Made by a program: the position numbers and the translations under genes. Shown piece after piece: positions 33,720 to 46,924 of a DNA stretch of 64,000 nucleotides. The notes below the pieces were generated by a model, which did not search any database, was not told where the DNA came from, and saw nothing but the letters and a program-made list of their open reading frames with translations. Positions within the stretch are counted from its first letter, which is position 1. The number at the start of each line of letters is the position of its first letter. The DNA comes from Lama glama (taxonomy: Eukaryota). The stretch covers positions 9,116,001-9,180,000 of the forward strand of contig CM052817.1 in assembly GCA_028534125.1 (NCBI GenBank). Reading direction: 5' to 3'.

Positions 33720-33970
33720 GCTATGATTATCTATTACTGTGTAACAAAATTATCCCCTGAATGGAAGAAAAATTTATTAGTATCTTCCCTGGCCCAGCAG
33801 ATTGAGCGAGCCCCACTGGTTGGTTCTCCCTCTGGGTCTCTCCTGTGGCTGCAGCCTGTGGACAGTGACCTATGCTGATCTAAAGCCTTACCTGGGGTGC
33901 AGGTCCAGGATGGCTCACTCACATGGCTGGCAATTGATGCAGGCTATTGGCAGGGAGCTCAGAGGGGATG
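33720..33970 (-). mobile_element. MLT1F/G/H-like LTR fragment
   Basis: tatctattactgtgtaacaaaattatcccc...gtccaggatggctcactcacatggctggcaattgatgc...gggagctcag. Confidence 0.75.
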
Positions 33971-36496
33971 GCTGTGCAAGACACTCTTTGAAACTCAGGT
34001 AGTCAGTGCTGCCAGAGAGGTAAGTCCAGGGACTTTAACAGGCACGGCAACCAACAACTGGCTGCAGCAGCCCACTGTCAGCTCCATTATAACTTCTACA
34101 GCACAAAGACACATCATCGAAAGCCCTTTAAAGTTATGCAAGGATCCTATGACATTCAGAAGTCTGGTTCCCAGTCCTGTGCGGAAACCTCTACAACACC
34201 ACTTCTGACATCCTTGGAGTGAACACTCAGCTTTGAGTTGGAGAAGCCTGGGTTCCCAGCTAGTATATTTGGCAACTTTCTAAACTTCCTCTTTAAAAGA
34301 GAGATAGCATTATCCAACTTGCAAAGTTGTGCTGAGATAAAAAAGGTACTTTGTACACTGCTTGGTATCTGGTAGGGGGTTAATGAATGATAATCATTAT
34401 CATCACCATTAACATCACTGTTTTGCAGAGAAAAGAAAGACTATATTTGGAAAAAAAGAAATTATTTTTTAATATTTTGAACGTCTATAGCCTAAGATGC
34501 CATGCTATGCCCTTCTTTTATTTTACCATGGGTTTCATTTTCATAAAAAGTCCAGTAGACTATTGGAGCTATGTTCTCTCATTCTGTTTCCCACCTGAAC
34601 ATATTTTCAATCCACGTATGGGAAAAAGTGTTTGTGTGTGTTTGTGTGTGTGTAAGCACAGGGAAAGGATTGGAAGAGTATAGAACGATGTTAAAACTGA
34701 TCATCTTTGGATGATGAGATTAGTCACGCCTTTACAATTTCCCCCACATTACAAAGTGTTTATAATAAACAATACCCTTAAATCACCCAAAAGAATAACG
34801 AGCACAGTGTGTTTCCATATATGTCAGACTTCTTGGCCAGATTATAAAATATAAAGCACAATATAATTACTTTTCCTGCTGTCTTGTGGAGCCTATGAAC
34901 AATGGAATATAGCACTTCTGTGGCTGAAATGCCCATTAATTTATCCTCCCTCATCTCTCCATCTGCAGTCAACAAGCAGACATTGAGATCTGCAATTTGC
35001 CAGACACTCTGACAGACGCTGAAGATGCGCAGATGAAGTGAGACCCTTAACTCCTCTTTAAAAACTCTACTCATTCCTGAAGCTTCCCCTGCCTGTCAGC
35101 TTCCGGTGCAACCTTCCCTCAGTCCTCCCTACAGGTCTCTCCCTCTTTGTCACCCCTGGCAGTGTGGCTGGTATGTCTACACCTCTGCCACAGTTCTCAC
35201 TACAGCTTGAGCTGTGTCAGAGGAACCGGGGCTTGTACTCTTGCCTCAGTGGACCGTGCGCTCCTTGGAGGCAGGGACTGACCTCTCTCTGTCACTCTTC
35301 ACTCTGATTCATTCACTAGCTCTAGTAGCACCCAAAGTTGAGCGCTGAATTGAATGTTGTTCAACTCCCTCATTTTATAGCTTTTAAGTAACTCAAATCA
35401 AGAGGTTTTGACTTGCCTGGAGTCACACAGCAGAGCCAGAGCTAGAATTTTTGCTCCTTCCTCTCCAACAAGTACTACTGTGTTCCACCAGTCAATGCTA
35501 CGGCCAACTGGGACACGTGGGGCTTGTAGACGGTGGGACATGAGCCAGGTGCACGTCTGTCCATGGGAGTGCAGACAAGTTCTCCTAGGATCCTTCTTCA
35601 CAACTGCCTTTCCCACCAAATCCCCACCTGGTGGTGTGGCCCCACTGGGGAGAGTCTGACGGCTTAGATGAGGTAGTTTCACAGCTGGAAACACAATGGT
35701 ACTAATACATCTTGGAAGTGGCAGAGAAGAAAAGTGCTGGGCTCTGGGTTAAGGAGGCTTGGGTTTGGACTATATTTCTTTGGCTTATTAGCTTTTTGAT
35801 CTTGGGTTATCACTTTTCTTTTGAGTCTCAGTTTTTTCATACATTAAATAGGAGTTACAACATCTACCTGGAAGATACATAATAGGTGCCCAGTTATGTA
35901 TCACTTGTATTTCTGACAATGACATGGGGCCCTGGATGTGTACAAATTTAAGATCCTCTCATACCAAATATCCACTCTCAATTACATCTTTCATCGTCTG
36001 CCCCGTGGATAAGACTCTGGGGACTGAAATCCATGATTCCTGCCTGGATAAGACCTTTTCCTTGAGTTCTTAAGGAACCACCATTGGAGAGTCCCTATAG
36101 GTTGGGGTGGGTACCTTTCAACTTGTAGCTACTTGGGGCTCTCACACACTCTCCGCCTCTTACCTGGAATCCCCGTCTGCTACACATTTGCTTGAAGGAG
36201 ATATTCAAATGAGACAATATATCAAAAACAGTATATTCATTCAATATCTTCAGAGAGCGTTTTTACTTGCTCTAGGTGCACAGAGAAGAGAACCATTAGC
36301 AGGATTTAGGAGTGTTTAATATCTCCTAAAAGAAAAGATATTTGGGCTGCACTTAAAGGGAATGGGGCACACCTAGGATCAGGGGGTTAGTCCACTCGCT
36401 CATCTAGCCCTGGATGACATGAATGGAATTCAGCATAGATACTGTGGAGAAACAGCATGGTGATATGGGAAGAGTGGGTGTGACAGCAGACAGATG

Positions 36497-36850
36497 CTGT
36501 TAAATTGCAATGATGGCCCAGGTTTCCTCTGACCTTGTACCCACTCTTTGCACACAACTTTGCAGTGCTGTCTCACTCTGAGCTAGCCCGCACATGCTCA
36601 TGCGTGATGACAGAGGTACGAGAGGGCAAAGCCCAGAGCACAAGGTCATTTCAAAACACTACCGTGTCAGATCTGATAACAGCGTATTGGTCAGAGCCGG
36701 TCACATGGTAAGGGCCTGGCAGAAAAGTAGCAGGACTAAAGTAGCCTCTAAGAGCCAACAGACTTGTATACAATGACCCAGAGAAGAAGATGAGAGCTAG
36801 GGCAGCCCCTCTGGTGCACCAGCTCCTGTCTTCCTGTCCAGTCAACTTCT
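36497..36850 (+). mobile_element. MLT1F/G-like LTR fragment
   Basis: tgttaaattgcaatgatggccc...ctttgcacacaactttgcag...agcctctaagagccaacag. Confidence 0.5.
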
Positions 36851-37394
36851 ACCATGTCTGCACAATAGAAATTAAGAAAAGGGCATGGAGCAGGATGGTT
36901 AGTGAGAGCCCCTGTTCTCTCTCACTCATTGTGACTTAAACACATCACTGCATCTTTCTTGTTCTCCATTTTTCCTCTAGTGGAAAATGGTGAACATGCA
37001 AGTCCTTGCTCTAAACTCTTCCCGTGTTTTCTTTTCTTTATTTTGCCTAAGAAAGAGCTTATTGAACACAGGATACTCAACCAAGGCTTTCAGTGGCTCC
37101 TCATGGTCTACCAATAAATTCCAAACACCTTAGCTAGACATTCAATGGCCCCCATGATCTGAGCACTCTCTACTTCCTAAGCTATTTACACTCTGCTCTG
37201 TATTGGGGCCATTTCTGCAGGAATCTGCAGGAATCTTATCTTGAATATTCAACCATGAGCTTCTGTAGCACAGGGGTTGGGAGTTATCTGGCATTTATCA
37301 AAGAGCCTGGCTCATAGTAGGCACTTAATATGTTTTTGACTGATTTTGAGATAAAGCATTAAACAACTCCAAGACATGGCTAGTGTAACCATCT

Positions 37395-37600
37395 CTGTAG
37401 TGGAAAAGGCACTGGGTGTGGAGTCAGAAGACCTAGTTCTAGGTATTGATTCTGCTTCTTTCTTCTGGGTGACCTTGGGACCATCATTTATTCCCCTCAA
37501 GCACCAATATTCTTATTTGGTAGATGAAAGTGATAATATCAATTTCACTGGTTATTGTGGGGAGAAAATGAAGTTGCAAATTGAAAGGCAAAAGTGCAGT
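37395..37600 (+). mobile_element. MIR SINE
   Basis: gtagtggaaaaggcactgggtgtggagtcagaagacctagttctagg...ctgggtgaccttggg. Confidence 0.85.
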
Positions 37601-39422
37601 GCATCTTAGAAAGAGATGCCACTAGACTAGAGCTTTTATTTGAACCAGAGCCTTTGAAGAAGTCAAGCCTGTCTCTACCTGACCAGTGACAATGCAGAAT
37701 TTAACAGGGGTTTTTCCCTACTAAGATCAGTTAAGTAAGTGTTCTTTTGCAAAACTAAATTAAAGTCACATTTTACTTCAGCAAACTGTAGATCTTAAAA
37801 CTAGAGGTAACCCCATCGAGTCAAAGACTTTAGATGAGATGAATGAACGGCTTTGTTGGAAGTAAAATGTAAGAGGTAATAGGCATCCTCATACCCACTT
37901 TACAGCAAGACCACTAGGACCCACGGAGGCCAGGTGACTCGCACAAGCCAACAAGTTATGAATCAAACATTATACAAAAGATATCAGGAGGGAAGAAAAA
38001 TGTATCTCTATTGTATTCACACACAGAGCTGTGTTTAGTTGCTCAGGTCATGGGAACACTTTCTGTGACTGCTCCAGGCTGTCAAGATATAAATCTCTCA
38101 AAGAGCAGCATTGAAGTGAAGGGAGCTTTCACTAAGGGCAAAACCAGCCAAGAATTTCCCACGTGAAAACTGATTGTAACCAACACAATTTGGCACCATG
38201 GCAGAAGTGAAGACTTTGGTTTTTTTCTGTCACACAGTCCAGCTCACCAGCAGTTCAAACCTGATTCCACGGGCAACTTGGAACTCAGGTGGCTCCACAG
38301 TGGGTAGATCCTCTGTCCCACAGAACGAGGCTTACTGCTCTGGGGAGAGACCCAAGTGCTGAGAAAGGAGAAGGAGGGCCTGAGTGCAGAGGGCCGCTCC
38401 ACCTCCTAGCCTGGGGCCCTTTTCCATTCAGGTTTTGCAGGTATCTTGCTGGCAGCTTCCCCATTTCCTCCGGCAGCCTCCTCCTAACTGCCCCTGAAAT
38501 CCCTGCCAGCCAAAGAGGGGGTGGCCCTAAATCAGGAGTCATCCTCTCTGGTCATTCATGTTTAAACTTGAACTATAACTACACTCCCAGCCACTGTGGC
38601 CTGGCAGGTTTGGGTTGCAGTCAGCCTTGCCAGGAAGCAAAAGAAGTGGCTACCTTCATGAGCACAGGTGGGAAGGCTGAGCAGGTCTTTGTTTAGGAAA
38701 CACTGCCCTTTGACTTAAATCTGCCTAAAATCCTTTCACTCAGTATTTACAACTTCAATCTAGCTTCCTTTGAGAATCCTACAAAAGAATACCCTTGGGT
38801 GAAGATTCCCACAGGACACTGTTCAGGCATTCTTGGAGGTTGCAGAGAGAAGTACAGAGGCTCAGATGGTTAAGGAACTTGCCAAAGGTCAACCAGCAAG
38901 TTAGCATCAGGCTAAACACAAAAACCAAGTCTTCCAGCCCACCTTACACTGGGTCTTACTCACTTCCTCAGTAACATCTCAGCAAGGAGTGTTGCAGAGG
39001 CGCTTGGCTATTGGACTGAAAGAAGTGAGTAGGAAGCTATTTCCACTCTGAGTGTTCTCACAGTCTGGGCAGAGAGACAGTCAGAAAACAAAGACAAAAG
39101 TGGCCCAGCGGAATAGGTGCTTCAATGGAGGCCTGCACAAGGCACGAGGAGAGAAAAGAAGACAGGAAACTCCCTCGGGGAACACAGGGCTGGAGAGGTC
39201 TTCTCAAAAAGATGACAGTTGGTCAAAGAAAGAATATGATTTGACGAGAAAAGGAAGGAATACATGCAACACTCAAAGTCACGTGCCAAGAACCCTGAGA
39301 AGGGCCTGGATCCTATACAGGCCACCTCTAGAGAACAGAATCATGGAAGATGTTAGAAAATGGGCCAGAACCAGATTCTGGCTGATAAAGGTCAGAGATT
39401 TTACCTAGTAAGCAATGAAAAA

Positions 39423-39616
39423 TGTACTAGAAGTATACGTGGGCTGCCGTAACAATACCACGGACTGGGCGGCTTAAACAACAGAAATTTATTGCCTCAC
39501 AGTTTTGGAGGCTGGAGTACAAGATCCAGGTGCCCACAGGATGGTTCCTTCCAAGGGCTGTGAGGAAAAATCTGTGCCACACCTCCCTCTTAGCGTCTGG
39601 TGGTTTGGTGGCAATC
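39423..39616 (-). mobile_element. MLT1A-C-like LTR, partial
   Basis: gggctgccgtaacaataccacggactgggcggcttaaacaacagaaatttattgcctcacagttttggaggctggagtacaagatccaggtg. Confidence 0.9.
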
Positions 39617-39764
39617 CAAGAGGAGATACCGAGTAGGTAGTTGGAAGTACAGGAAAGAATAGGATTTTCTTGGCACAACTATTTCAAAGGCCCTACTAAA
39701 TGATTTGCAGTCTTTGGAATTTGAGATACAAATGTGAATTACAGAAGACATTCTTAGTTGCATA

Positions 39765-40085
39765 ACTAACCCCACTCTGCTTCCTTCCTCCTTAAAGGAA
39801 AGTCCTTGATTTTGTTCACGTTAATCTTCTCATGATCTCAAGGAAGATGGCTCCAGGCTAGACTCAAGAAAGGAATATTGATCAGTCCAAGCTGGATTCA
39901 GGCATGGCCATGTGACTCAACCTTGGCCAATGAGGCACAAAGGGAAAGTCCATTGGGGGCTTCTGTAAAGGATTTTCTTCCCTGATGAAAAGAGACAGGT
40001 GAGAAGAAACTTGTTTTCTTCTTGACATAATGGTGTGAGAATGTGGGGACTGGCATTACAGCAGCTATCTTGATATCATGAGCAC
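39765..40085 (+). mobile_element. ERVL-type LTR (LTR33-like)
   Basis: ggcatggccatgtgactcaaccttggccaatgagg...gggggcttctgtaaaggattttcttccctgat...cagcagctatcttg. Confidence 0.6.
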
Positions 40086-40909
40086 ATGCAATGTGATTTC
40101 TTCATTTGGTTGAAATACTGACTATAAAGAGGTGTTGGGTAAGAGTGAATCAGTGGCAGGTGCCCTTTACTAATGAGGAGGCTATAAGTTTGGGTTAGAA
40201 AATACATGGAATTCATGCCACCACTCTGTCCCTTGCCTAGTGCAGACATTACTAATCAATCATAATACCCATGTCCATTAGACACTAGAACTAGCCTTGA
40301 GAGCCTTCTCTTTACAAGCCTTTAGGTAGCAACTAATAGTAGTCAATATGGCATATGGGATGAAATCTATCTGCCATTTTGGACCCGAAGTCTAGAGTAG
40401 GCTCAAGCTGCAGGCAGTAAGCATTAGTATGAGAGTCAACAATTGGATTGAGGTGATAAAAGGATTGTCTATAAAACTGTTCATTAATGCATCCATTTCA
40501 CAAATTCTTATTAAATATTCCATAAGCTGGACAATGTCACAAATAAGACATAGTCTTGCTATGACCATGTGGGCTAGATATTGAGGTAGGTAAGTTAACA
40601 AACAATCACAGTCCTGAACTGTAGATGCTTTGCTAGGGTTAAACTATGGAGGTTGTGGAAACACCCAGTAAGTGTCACAAACCCAACATTAGTGGAGTTA
40701 GGTATGAAGGGTAGCCTCTTGAGTCAGGCAACACAGCAACCCTGACTTGTAGTCCTGCACAGGTCCATTTTATAGACATGGACTGAGGGCTTTTCCACAT
40801 CTGTCTCCTGCTATTGGTGGAATGCTACCACCTTAGGGTTTGTTTTTGTCACCTTTATGTGTGTTTTACTGTAATGAGCTCCATTACTTTGTCTTACACC
40901 TGTTATTCC

Positions 40910-41290
40910 TTTGAGAATTCATTCAGTTGATCACTCTGAAAGGCTGTTACATTTCTATTAGGTGTAAGATATTGTGCTGGATACTGGTTGTTCCTTACCA
41001 AGAATTACAAGGTCTCTGTCCCCATGGCACATACATTTTATTAAGTGTAGACAAATGATGAACAAAGAAATCAACAAAAAAATATCAGGTAGTAGTGAGT
41101 GCTGGGGTGTAAGTAAAACAGAGTGATGTGATGGAAAGTGACTTGGTCCTGCAAAGTTGAGAGATCAGCAAAGTCCCCTCTGTAGTGATGACATTTTGGG
41201 CAAGGCCTGAATGATGAGGAGGAGTCAGGCATGCAAGGTCTGCTAGAAGAATGGTCTAAGCCATAGAATCAGTGAGCACAGTCCTGAGTC
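40910..41290 (-). mobile_element. L2a 3' region
   Basis: ttcattcagttg...attgtgctggatactgg...gtagtgagtgctggggtgtaagtaaaacagagtgatgtgatgg...gtgatgacattttgggcaaggcctgaatgatgaggaggagtcagg. Confidence 0.8.
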
Positions 41291-41319
41291 CTTTCCATAT
41301 AGCTTCTATATCCAGAGGT

Positions 41320-41697
41320 CCCCATATCTTCTGCCTCTAAGCTGGAGACCCAGAATGTCTGGTGGTGTAATTCTAGTCTGCATCCAAAGGCTCCAAGAAC
41401 CAGAAGAGTTGATGGTATAAATCCCCACACAAGGCAGGAGAAGACCAATATCCCAGCTCAAGTAGGCAGGCAGGAAGCAAATCGGGGAAAATTCCTCCTT
41501 CATCTGCTCTTTATTCTATTCAGGTCCTCAATGTATTGCATGATTCCCATCTACATTGGGGAAGGCAATCTGCTTTACTGAGCCCACCAATTTAGATGTT
41601 GTCATCCAGAAACACCCTCACAGATACAACCAGAAGTAATGCAAAACCTGTGCACCCCATGGCCCAGACAAGCTGACACCTTAAATCAGCCATCATG
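41320..41697 (-). mobile_element. MLT2B/D-like ERVL LTR
   Basis: aagctggagacccagaa...caggagaagaccaatatcccagctcaa...ctttactgagcccaccaatt...ccagaaacaccctcacaga...gctgacaccttaaatcagccatca. Confidence 0.85.
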
Positions 41698-42063
41698 CCT
41701 GACATCTTTGTAATACATTCCCCAATACATGACCATTCAGTCATACTACTATGACTAATACAGCAATGCTGGCCATGGATGCATTAGCCCCAAGAGCCTC
41801 ATCGCTCCAAGCTTATACTTACTTAACTCTTGCTCTTAGTCTTAGTTGCTCCCCTACCTATTCAATTGATAAGGAATTTTATCTTTTCCTGGGGTTTTGG
41901 TTTAAGGAAAAGAAGCTAGTACTCTGGCAGTTTTTCTAGGGAGATCAACCCACAAAATTACAGGCCTTGTCTTTCCCATTTTTCCACTTCCAACCTCCTC
42001 TTCCAGTGCTCCTCTGATACTGAGTGTTAGCCAAGAGTCAGAGTCACACTTTAATGAAGAACC

Positions 42064-42563
42064 NNNNNNNNNNNNNNNNNNNNNNNNNNNNNNNNNNNNN
42101 NNNNNNNNNNNNNNNNNNNNNNNNNNNNNNNNNNNNNNNNNNNNNNNNNNNNNNNNNNNNNNNNNNNNNNNNNNNNNNNNNNNNNNNNNNNNNNNNNNNN
42201 NNNNNNNNNNNNNNNNNNNNNNNNNNNNNNNNNNNNNNNNNNNNNNNNNNNNNNNNNNNNNNNNNNNNNNNNNNNNNNNNNNNNNNNNNNNNNNNNNNNN
42301 NNNNNNNNNNNNNNNNNNNNNNNNNNNNNNNNNNNNNNNNNNNNNNNNNNNNNNNNNNNNNNNNNNNNNNNNNNNNNNNNNNNNNNNNNNNNNNNNNNNN
42401 NNNNNNNNNNNNNNNNNNNNNNNNNNNNNNNNNNNNNNNNNNNNNNNNNNNNNNNNNNNNNNNNNNNNNNNNNNNNNNNNNNNNNNNNNNNNNNNNNNNN
42501 NNNNNNNNNNNNNNNNNNNNNNNNNNNNNNNNNNNNNNNNNNNNNNNNNNNNNNNNNNNNNNN
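42064..42563. other. Assembly gap (500 N)
   Basis: Run of N. Confidence 1.
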
Positions 42564-44082
42564 AGGCTTATGTCAGCAGTCACCTATGTTTCTAATTTTT
42601 AAATTTTCTATTATTATTTTTATTATTATCCCTATCACTATGGTTCCCTAGGAATCAAGTTTCATATTTTCAAATTACTCAACAAAAGAACCACTCTCTC
42701 TTAGAACACAGATTGATAATGAACATAGCTTGGATAACGCTCTCCTACGAATCACTCAGGATGACTCCCACACTAGTCCTCACCTCTCCAGTACTTTGCT
42801 TACACTTGTCTCACCTCCTTGGTCCTGAATTCTTTGCTCTGTGCCCTGACTTTAGACCTCTGATTTAGAGATCATCCAGCCTTTCCTTCTGGCACTTTGG
42901 GTCTGGGCCCATCAGTCAATTTTCAACCTTGCCTTTGTCCCCCTCGGCATTCACCCTGCTCTCTGGTCCTACTCCCATCTCCTCTCAGTACCTCCCACCT
43001 CACCCTACACATACATTCCCACCTTGGCAAGCCCTGTCTCCAACTTCAATTAAAGGAAAAAGAGAAAAATTTGGACAATCAGCCAGCAGCAAAGATTTTG
43101 TTGCTATGTGTACAGATTGACGATCACACAAAAAGATCCAATATATCTTCAAAAAAATTTCAGCTTCCAGCAATTTCCTAGAATAATAATTGGGTCTCCA
43201 TGGGGTGGGGGAAGAGTTTGTGTCCCTCATTTCCCCTTTTGCAGTTGGCTATTCTGGGTGGAAAAGTTGAAGGAAATGACTATAATGGCATGACGTTGGC
43301 CCACTTAAAACTTCTATTATGAAACCAAGTTGCATAAGCTGTAAGAGAAAATAAGTTATATTCTCAGGAACAAATTCTAGTGAATCAGCTCATTTCAGCC
43401 TCACATCTTCATCTGTCTCTGAAGTGGCTTATTTAAATTTTAATAGAAAACGTTTGATGTGGGGCTCAAGTGGAGGGAATGAAAATAACACTGTTTATCC
43501 CCAAGATAAAATTGTGTTGGGAGCAAAAAAGAGAGACAGAGAGAGAGAGAAAAAAATACGATGCTAATTTCTTGGAAACAAACCTCCTATGTCCCACTTC
43601 ATAGGGACTGGACAAAGCAATATAAAGTCTATTGCACTGAACAAAAGCAACGATGGTACATTTAGAGACTCACCGTCCCTTTCTATTTGGCTTTTAAAAA
43701 AGTCGTTCAAGGAAGAAAAGTACCCTTGGGGGAAAGTGAGAAAAGCTTGCAAAACAAAGTTTTGTCACCATCACAGGGTAGTTTGGTGGGAGGGGGTGGG
43801 GGGAGGAATAGGAGATAGGATGGGGTAGAGGGAAGGTCTTTCATGGGCTTGGAAGTAAAAAAAATCTGTGTTCCAATACAGACTTTGCCCCTTACTTGGT
43901 ATGTGACATTGAAAAAGTCAATAACAGTATCAGAGTGCAGATTATTATCTCAAACAAAAAGAATCCTAACAGCTACTTCATGGTGCTGTCATGGAAAGGA
44001 ACGGCTGTGACGTAGCCAATTATTTGCCTAGACCATCCTCCTCCAGAGGACCGCATCTCAGGTACCTTCACAATCTCCAGAC

Positions 44083-44301
44083 CAGGAGTTGGCCAGCTAC
44101 AGCCCAGAGGCCCAGTCTAGCCTGCTTCCTGTGTATAAACCAGGGTTCATTGGAGCAGAGCCATATCCCTTTGTTTACTCTTATCTATAGCTGCTTTCAG
44201 AGGACAACAGCAGAGTCAAGTCGTTGCAAGAGACCTTTTCTAGACTGAAGTCTAAAAAATTTATCATCTGGCTTTTTGCTGAAAAAGTTTGCCAACTGTT
44301 G
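44083..44301 (+). mobile_element. MER58A hAT-Charlie element, full length with 8-bp TSD
   Basis: caggagttggccagctacagccc...ttggagcagagcca...atagctgctttc...tctggctttttgctgaaaaagtttgccaactgttg; TSD ctccagac/ctccagag. Confidence 0.9.
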
Positions 44302-44314
44302 CTCCAGAGAGTCG

Positions 44315-45130
44315 TGAAATTTGGAATCATCTCAGGCAAACTCGTCTTCTTTGGTCCCCATGTCCAATCAGTCACCATATTTCATGGGAGTCTATCTTCA
44401 AAATCTCTCTTGAGTCTCTGCTTCTCTCTCCATCTCACAGCCACCACCCTGTCCAAGTCACCATCATGACTACCTCAGTCTCCTCCAAGAGCTCATGGAG
44501 GCCACACATGCACACGTGCACATGCACACAAACACACATACACACACACACACACACACACAGTATTCTTCAAATAGCAGGCTGAGTAAGTGTTTTCAAG
44601 TGCAATTCATGCCAACTCCCTGCTTAGAACAGCCCAGAGGATTCCCATTGCTCTTAGGATAAAAGATCACAATCCTGACAGAGACCCTGCAAAATCCAGC
44701 ACCTCCTCCTCACCACCTATGAATTGAGAGACACTCCCCTAATGCTGTTCTTGGGTCACACCAGCCTTCTTTCTGCTTATTTATTGAAGAGAGGCCTGCT
44801 TCTTCTTGCCTTAAGGCCTAAACATAGGAGGATTTCTGGTCTAGGAACAGACCTCTCCCTACATTCTCCATCCTCTTCACCTGGATAACGCCTACTCATC
44901 CTACAGGCCACAGCATCACTGTCACTGGCTCATGTACAGCTTCCTGATCCTCAGCCCCATCCCCACGGCAGACCATGTCAGAATCCCCTGATTTACACTT
45001 AATGTTGTGCCTGTTATTGCCTATTCAATATCTCCCCCCAAGAAGGCAAGCTCTCAGGGATGGGATAAAAGATAAAATCATGCCCATGGCCACCTCTACC
45101 TCCAGGACATGGCACACAGCCCTGCATATA
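44315..45130 (+). mobile_element. L2 LINE containing a (CA)-rich repeat (about 44503-44562)
   Basis: ttggaatcatctc...tccaatcagtcacc...ttcccattgctcttaggataaa...cctggataacgcctactcatcctacagg. Confidence 0.8.
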
Positions 45131-45134
45131 GCAG

Positions 45135-45350
45135 GATGGTGTCATGGTGAAGAGTGGACATCACTGCTAGACTTCCTGGACTGAAGTCTCTACTGCTCAC
45201 CAGCTGTGTGATCAAACCATTTAACCTCTTTGTGTCTTAATCTCTCCATGTGTAAAACGGGAGTGCTATAGTATAGTAGTGTATCACAGAGTGCTGTAAG
45301 CATGAGATTTATTTAATATATGAAAAACACTTAGGACAGCATCAGGTAAA
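45135..45350 (+). mobile_element. MIR SINE
   Basis: tactgctcaccagctgtgtga...tttaacctctttgtgtcttaatctctccatgtgtaaaacggg...aaacacttaggacag. Confidence 0.8.
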
Positions 45351-45726
45351 GGTTAAACATGACCCGAGGACCTGAGTGTTTTCCATTCTGACTAGAGGAG
45401 GCTCTCAATAAAAATGGAATGGAGGAACGATTCATTTCTCCCAGGGAGCAAGTTTTTGGAGATTGCTATTCAATCTGAAGTTCATATCCTTGCTACAATA
45501 ACACTAGATACTTGACTTTGCCAAACACCATCTGTATCGTGCCCCGTACTTGCTTTTGCACATGCTGTTCTCTCATCATCCCCAGTCTCTCTAGTGAATT
45601 CTATTCGTTGATGAAAATACTTTGCAAGCTCTACCTTCACCCTGAAGCCAGTTGTTCCTCCTGCTCCCAGAACAACCAAGACAAACTACCCTCCTTTTCC
45701 TCTGTGCTCTAATGAGACAGACAGAT

Positions 45727-45778
<52 letters not shown>
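45727..45778. repeat. (GATA)13 microsatellite
   Basis: Directly visible perfect repeat. Confidence 0.98.
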
Positions 45779-45779
<1 letters not shown>

Positions 45780-46924
45780 GATGATGTATTCCCCTGCTTC
45801 ATTTTATATGTATATATAGTGATTCTGTAATGCTTTAAGTCAATTTTTCTGCACAGGGACCAAGGTGAACAAAATTGTTACCATCTCAATATTCTCCGAA
45901 CACAGTGTTTACACCTTTGCTATAACACTCAAGCTATTTTCTTTCAGTGTTTGTAGTAATCTACTTGTATCTTTTCCAGGAAATTTTAACCTGTGAAAGG
46001 GCAGAGACCACATCTTACCTTGGAATGGCCTCTTCTATGGATGCAGAAGGTGTTTCAAAAATGCTTAGTATTTTGTTACTGGTGATTGAATTCATTTCTG
46101 TCATCAGCACCTACGGAGACATAGTAGGCTTTTGAGCAATTGTTTGTGGAATTGTACCAAAACAAAAAGGTACCTTTGGCATTGGCCTCTTACTTTCTGA
46201 AATTAAACTTCAAAGACTAGCAGCAATGCAACCCAGTGCAAGACGGACAGCGGTTTTCCATTTACTGAGCCGAGAGACAGGGAAAAGGAGTATATTCCTG
46301 AAGCCAATGTAGTAATGAGACAGGGAGTCCCAGGGCAGAAATGGCTAGAGGATGCCAGCTAGAGAAGGCAATGAGATTTTCAGGTCCCCTTCTAAGGTCA
46401 AATTGAAACCCTGGTTCCTGGGCATCTTAAGGCTTGCCCTTAGCGAGATATTACTATACACTGTATTGCTCCCATTGGGCTGTTTGTTTCTTTGAGGACA
46501 ATATGGTCTTCCTGACATACTATACACTTACATTGGGACCCACTGTGTGTGGGGCATGCAGCTATGTGCTAAAGATGCAGCAGTGAAGGTCCTGTCTGCC
46601 AAGGAGCTCACAGCCTACAGGGGAAAAGAGAGAGAGAGAGATCTGGAAAACTCAGGAAGCCACACACTCACAAAAGAGATTAGAAGTCATTGTGCATAGA
46701 AAGTTGCTTGTATATGCTGTTGAGTGAAAAGACCGTGTTGCAAAAAGTTTATTGAAATATATTTTTTGTTTATATATTTTTTTCTGTAGGAAATCACATT
46801 ATAGGTGTGTGTGTGTGTATTAAAATGTTATTTCTACTTCAGGTGAGTTGGAGTTGATGAAAAGGAATTTTCTATAGTGTTTGATTTTTTTTTTAACAAC
46901 AAGCATGAGTTTTTTTTAAAAAAA

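Noticed and set aside
41700..42063. Possible ERV internal sequence next to the MLT2 LTR
   Set aside because: I could not match it to gag/pol/env or a known internal consensus, and it is truncated by the gap.
46828..46848. Recursive-splice-like motif tttctacttcAG|GTGAGT
   Set aside because: It appears to sit in decayed L1ME-like sequence and there is no evidence for a plus-strand host transcript; likely chance.
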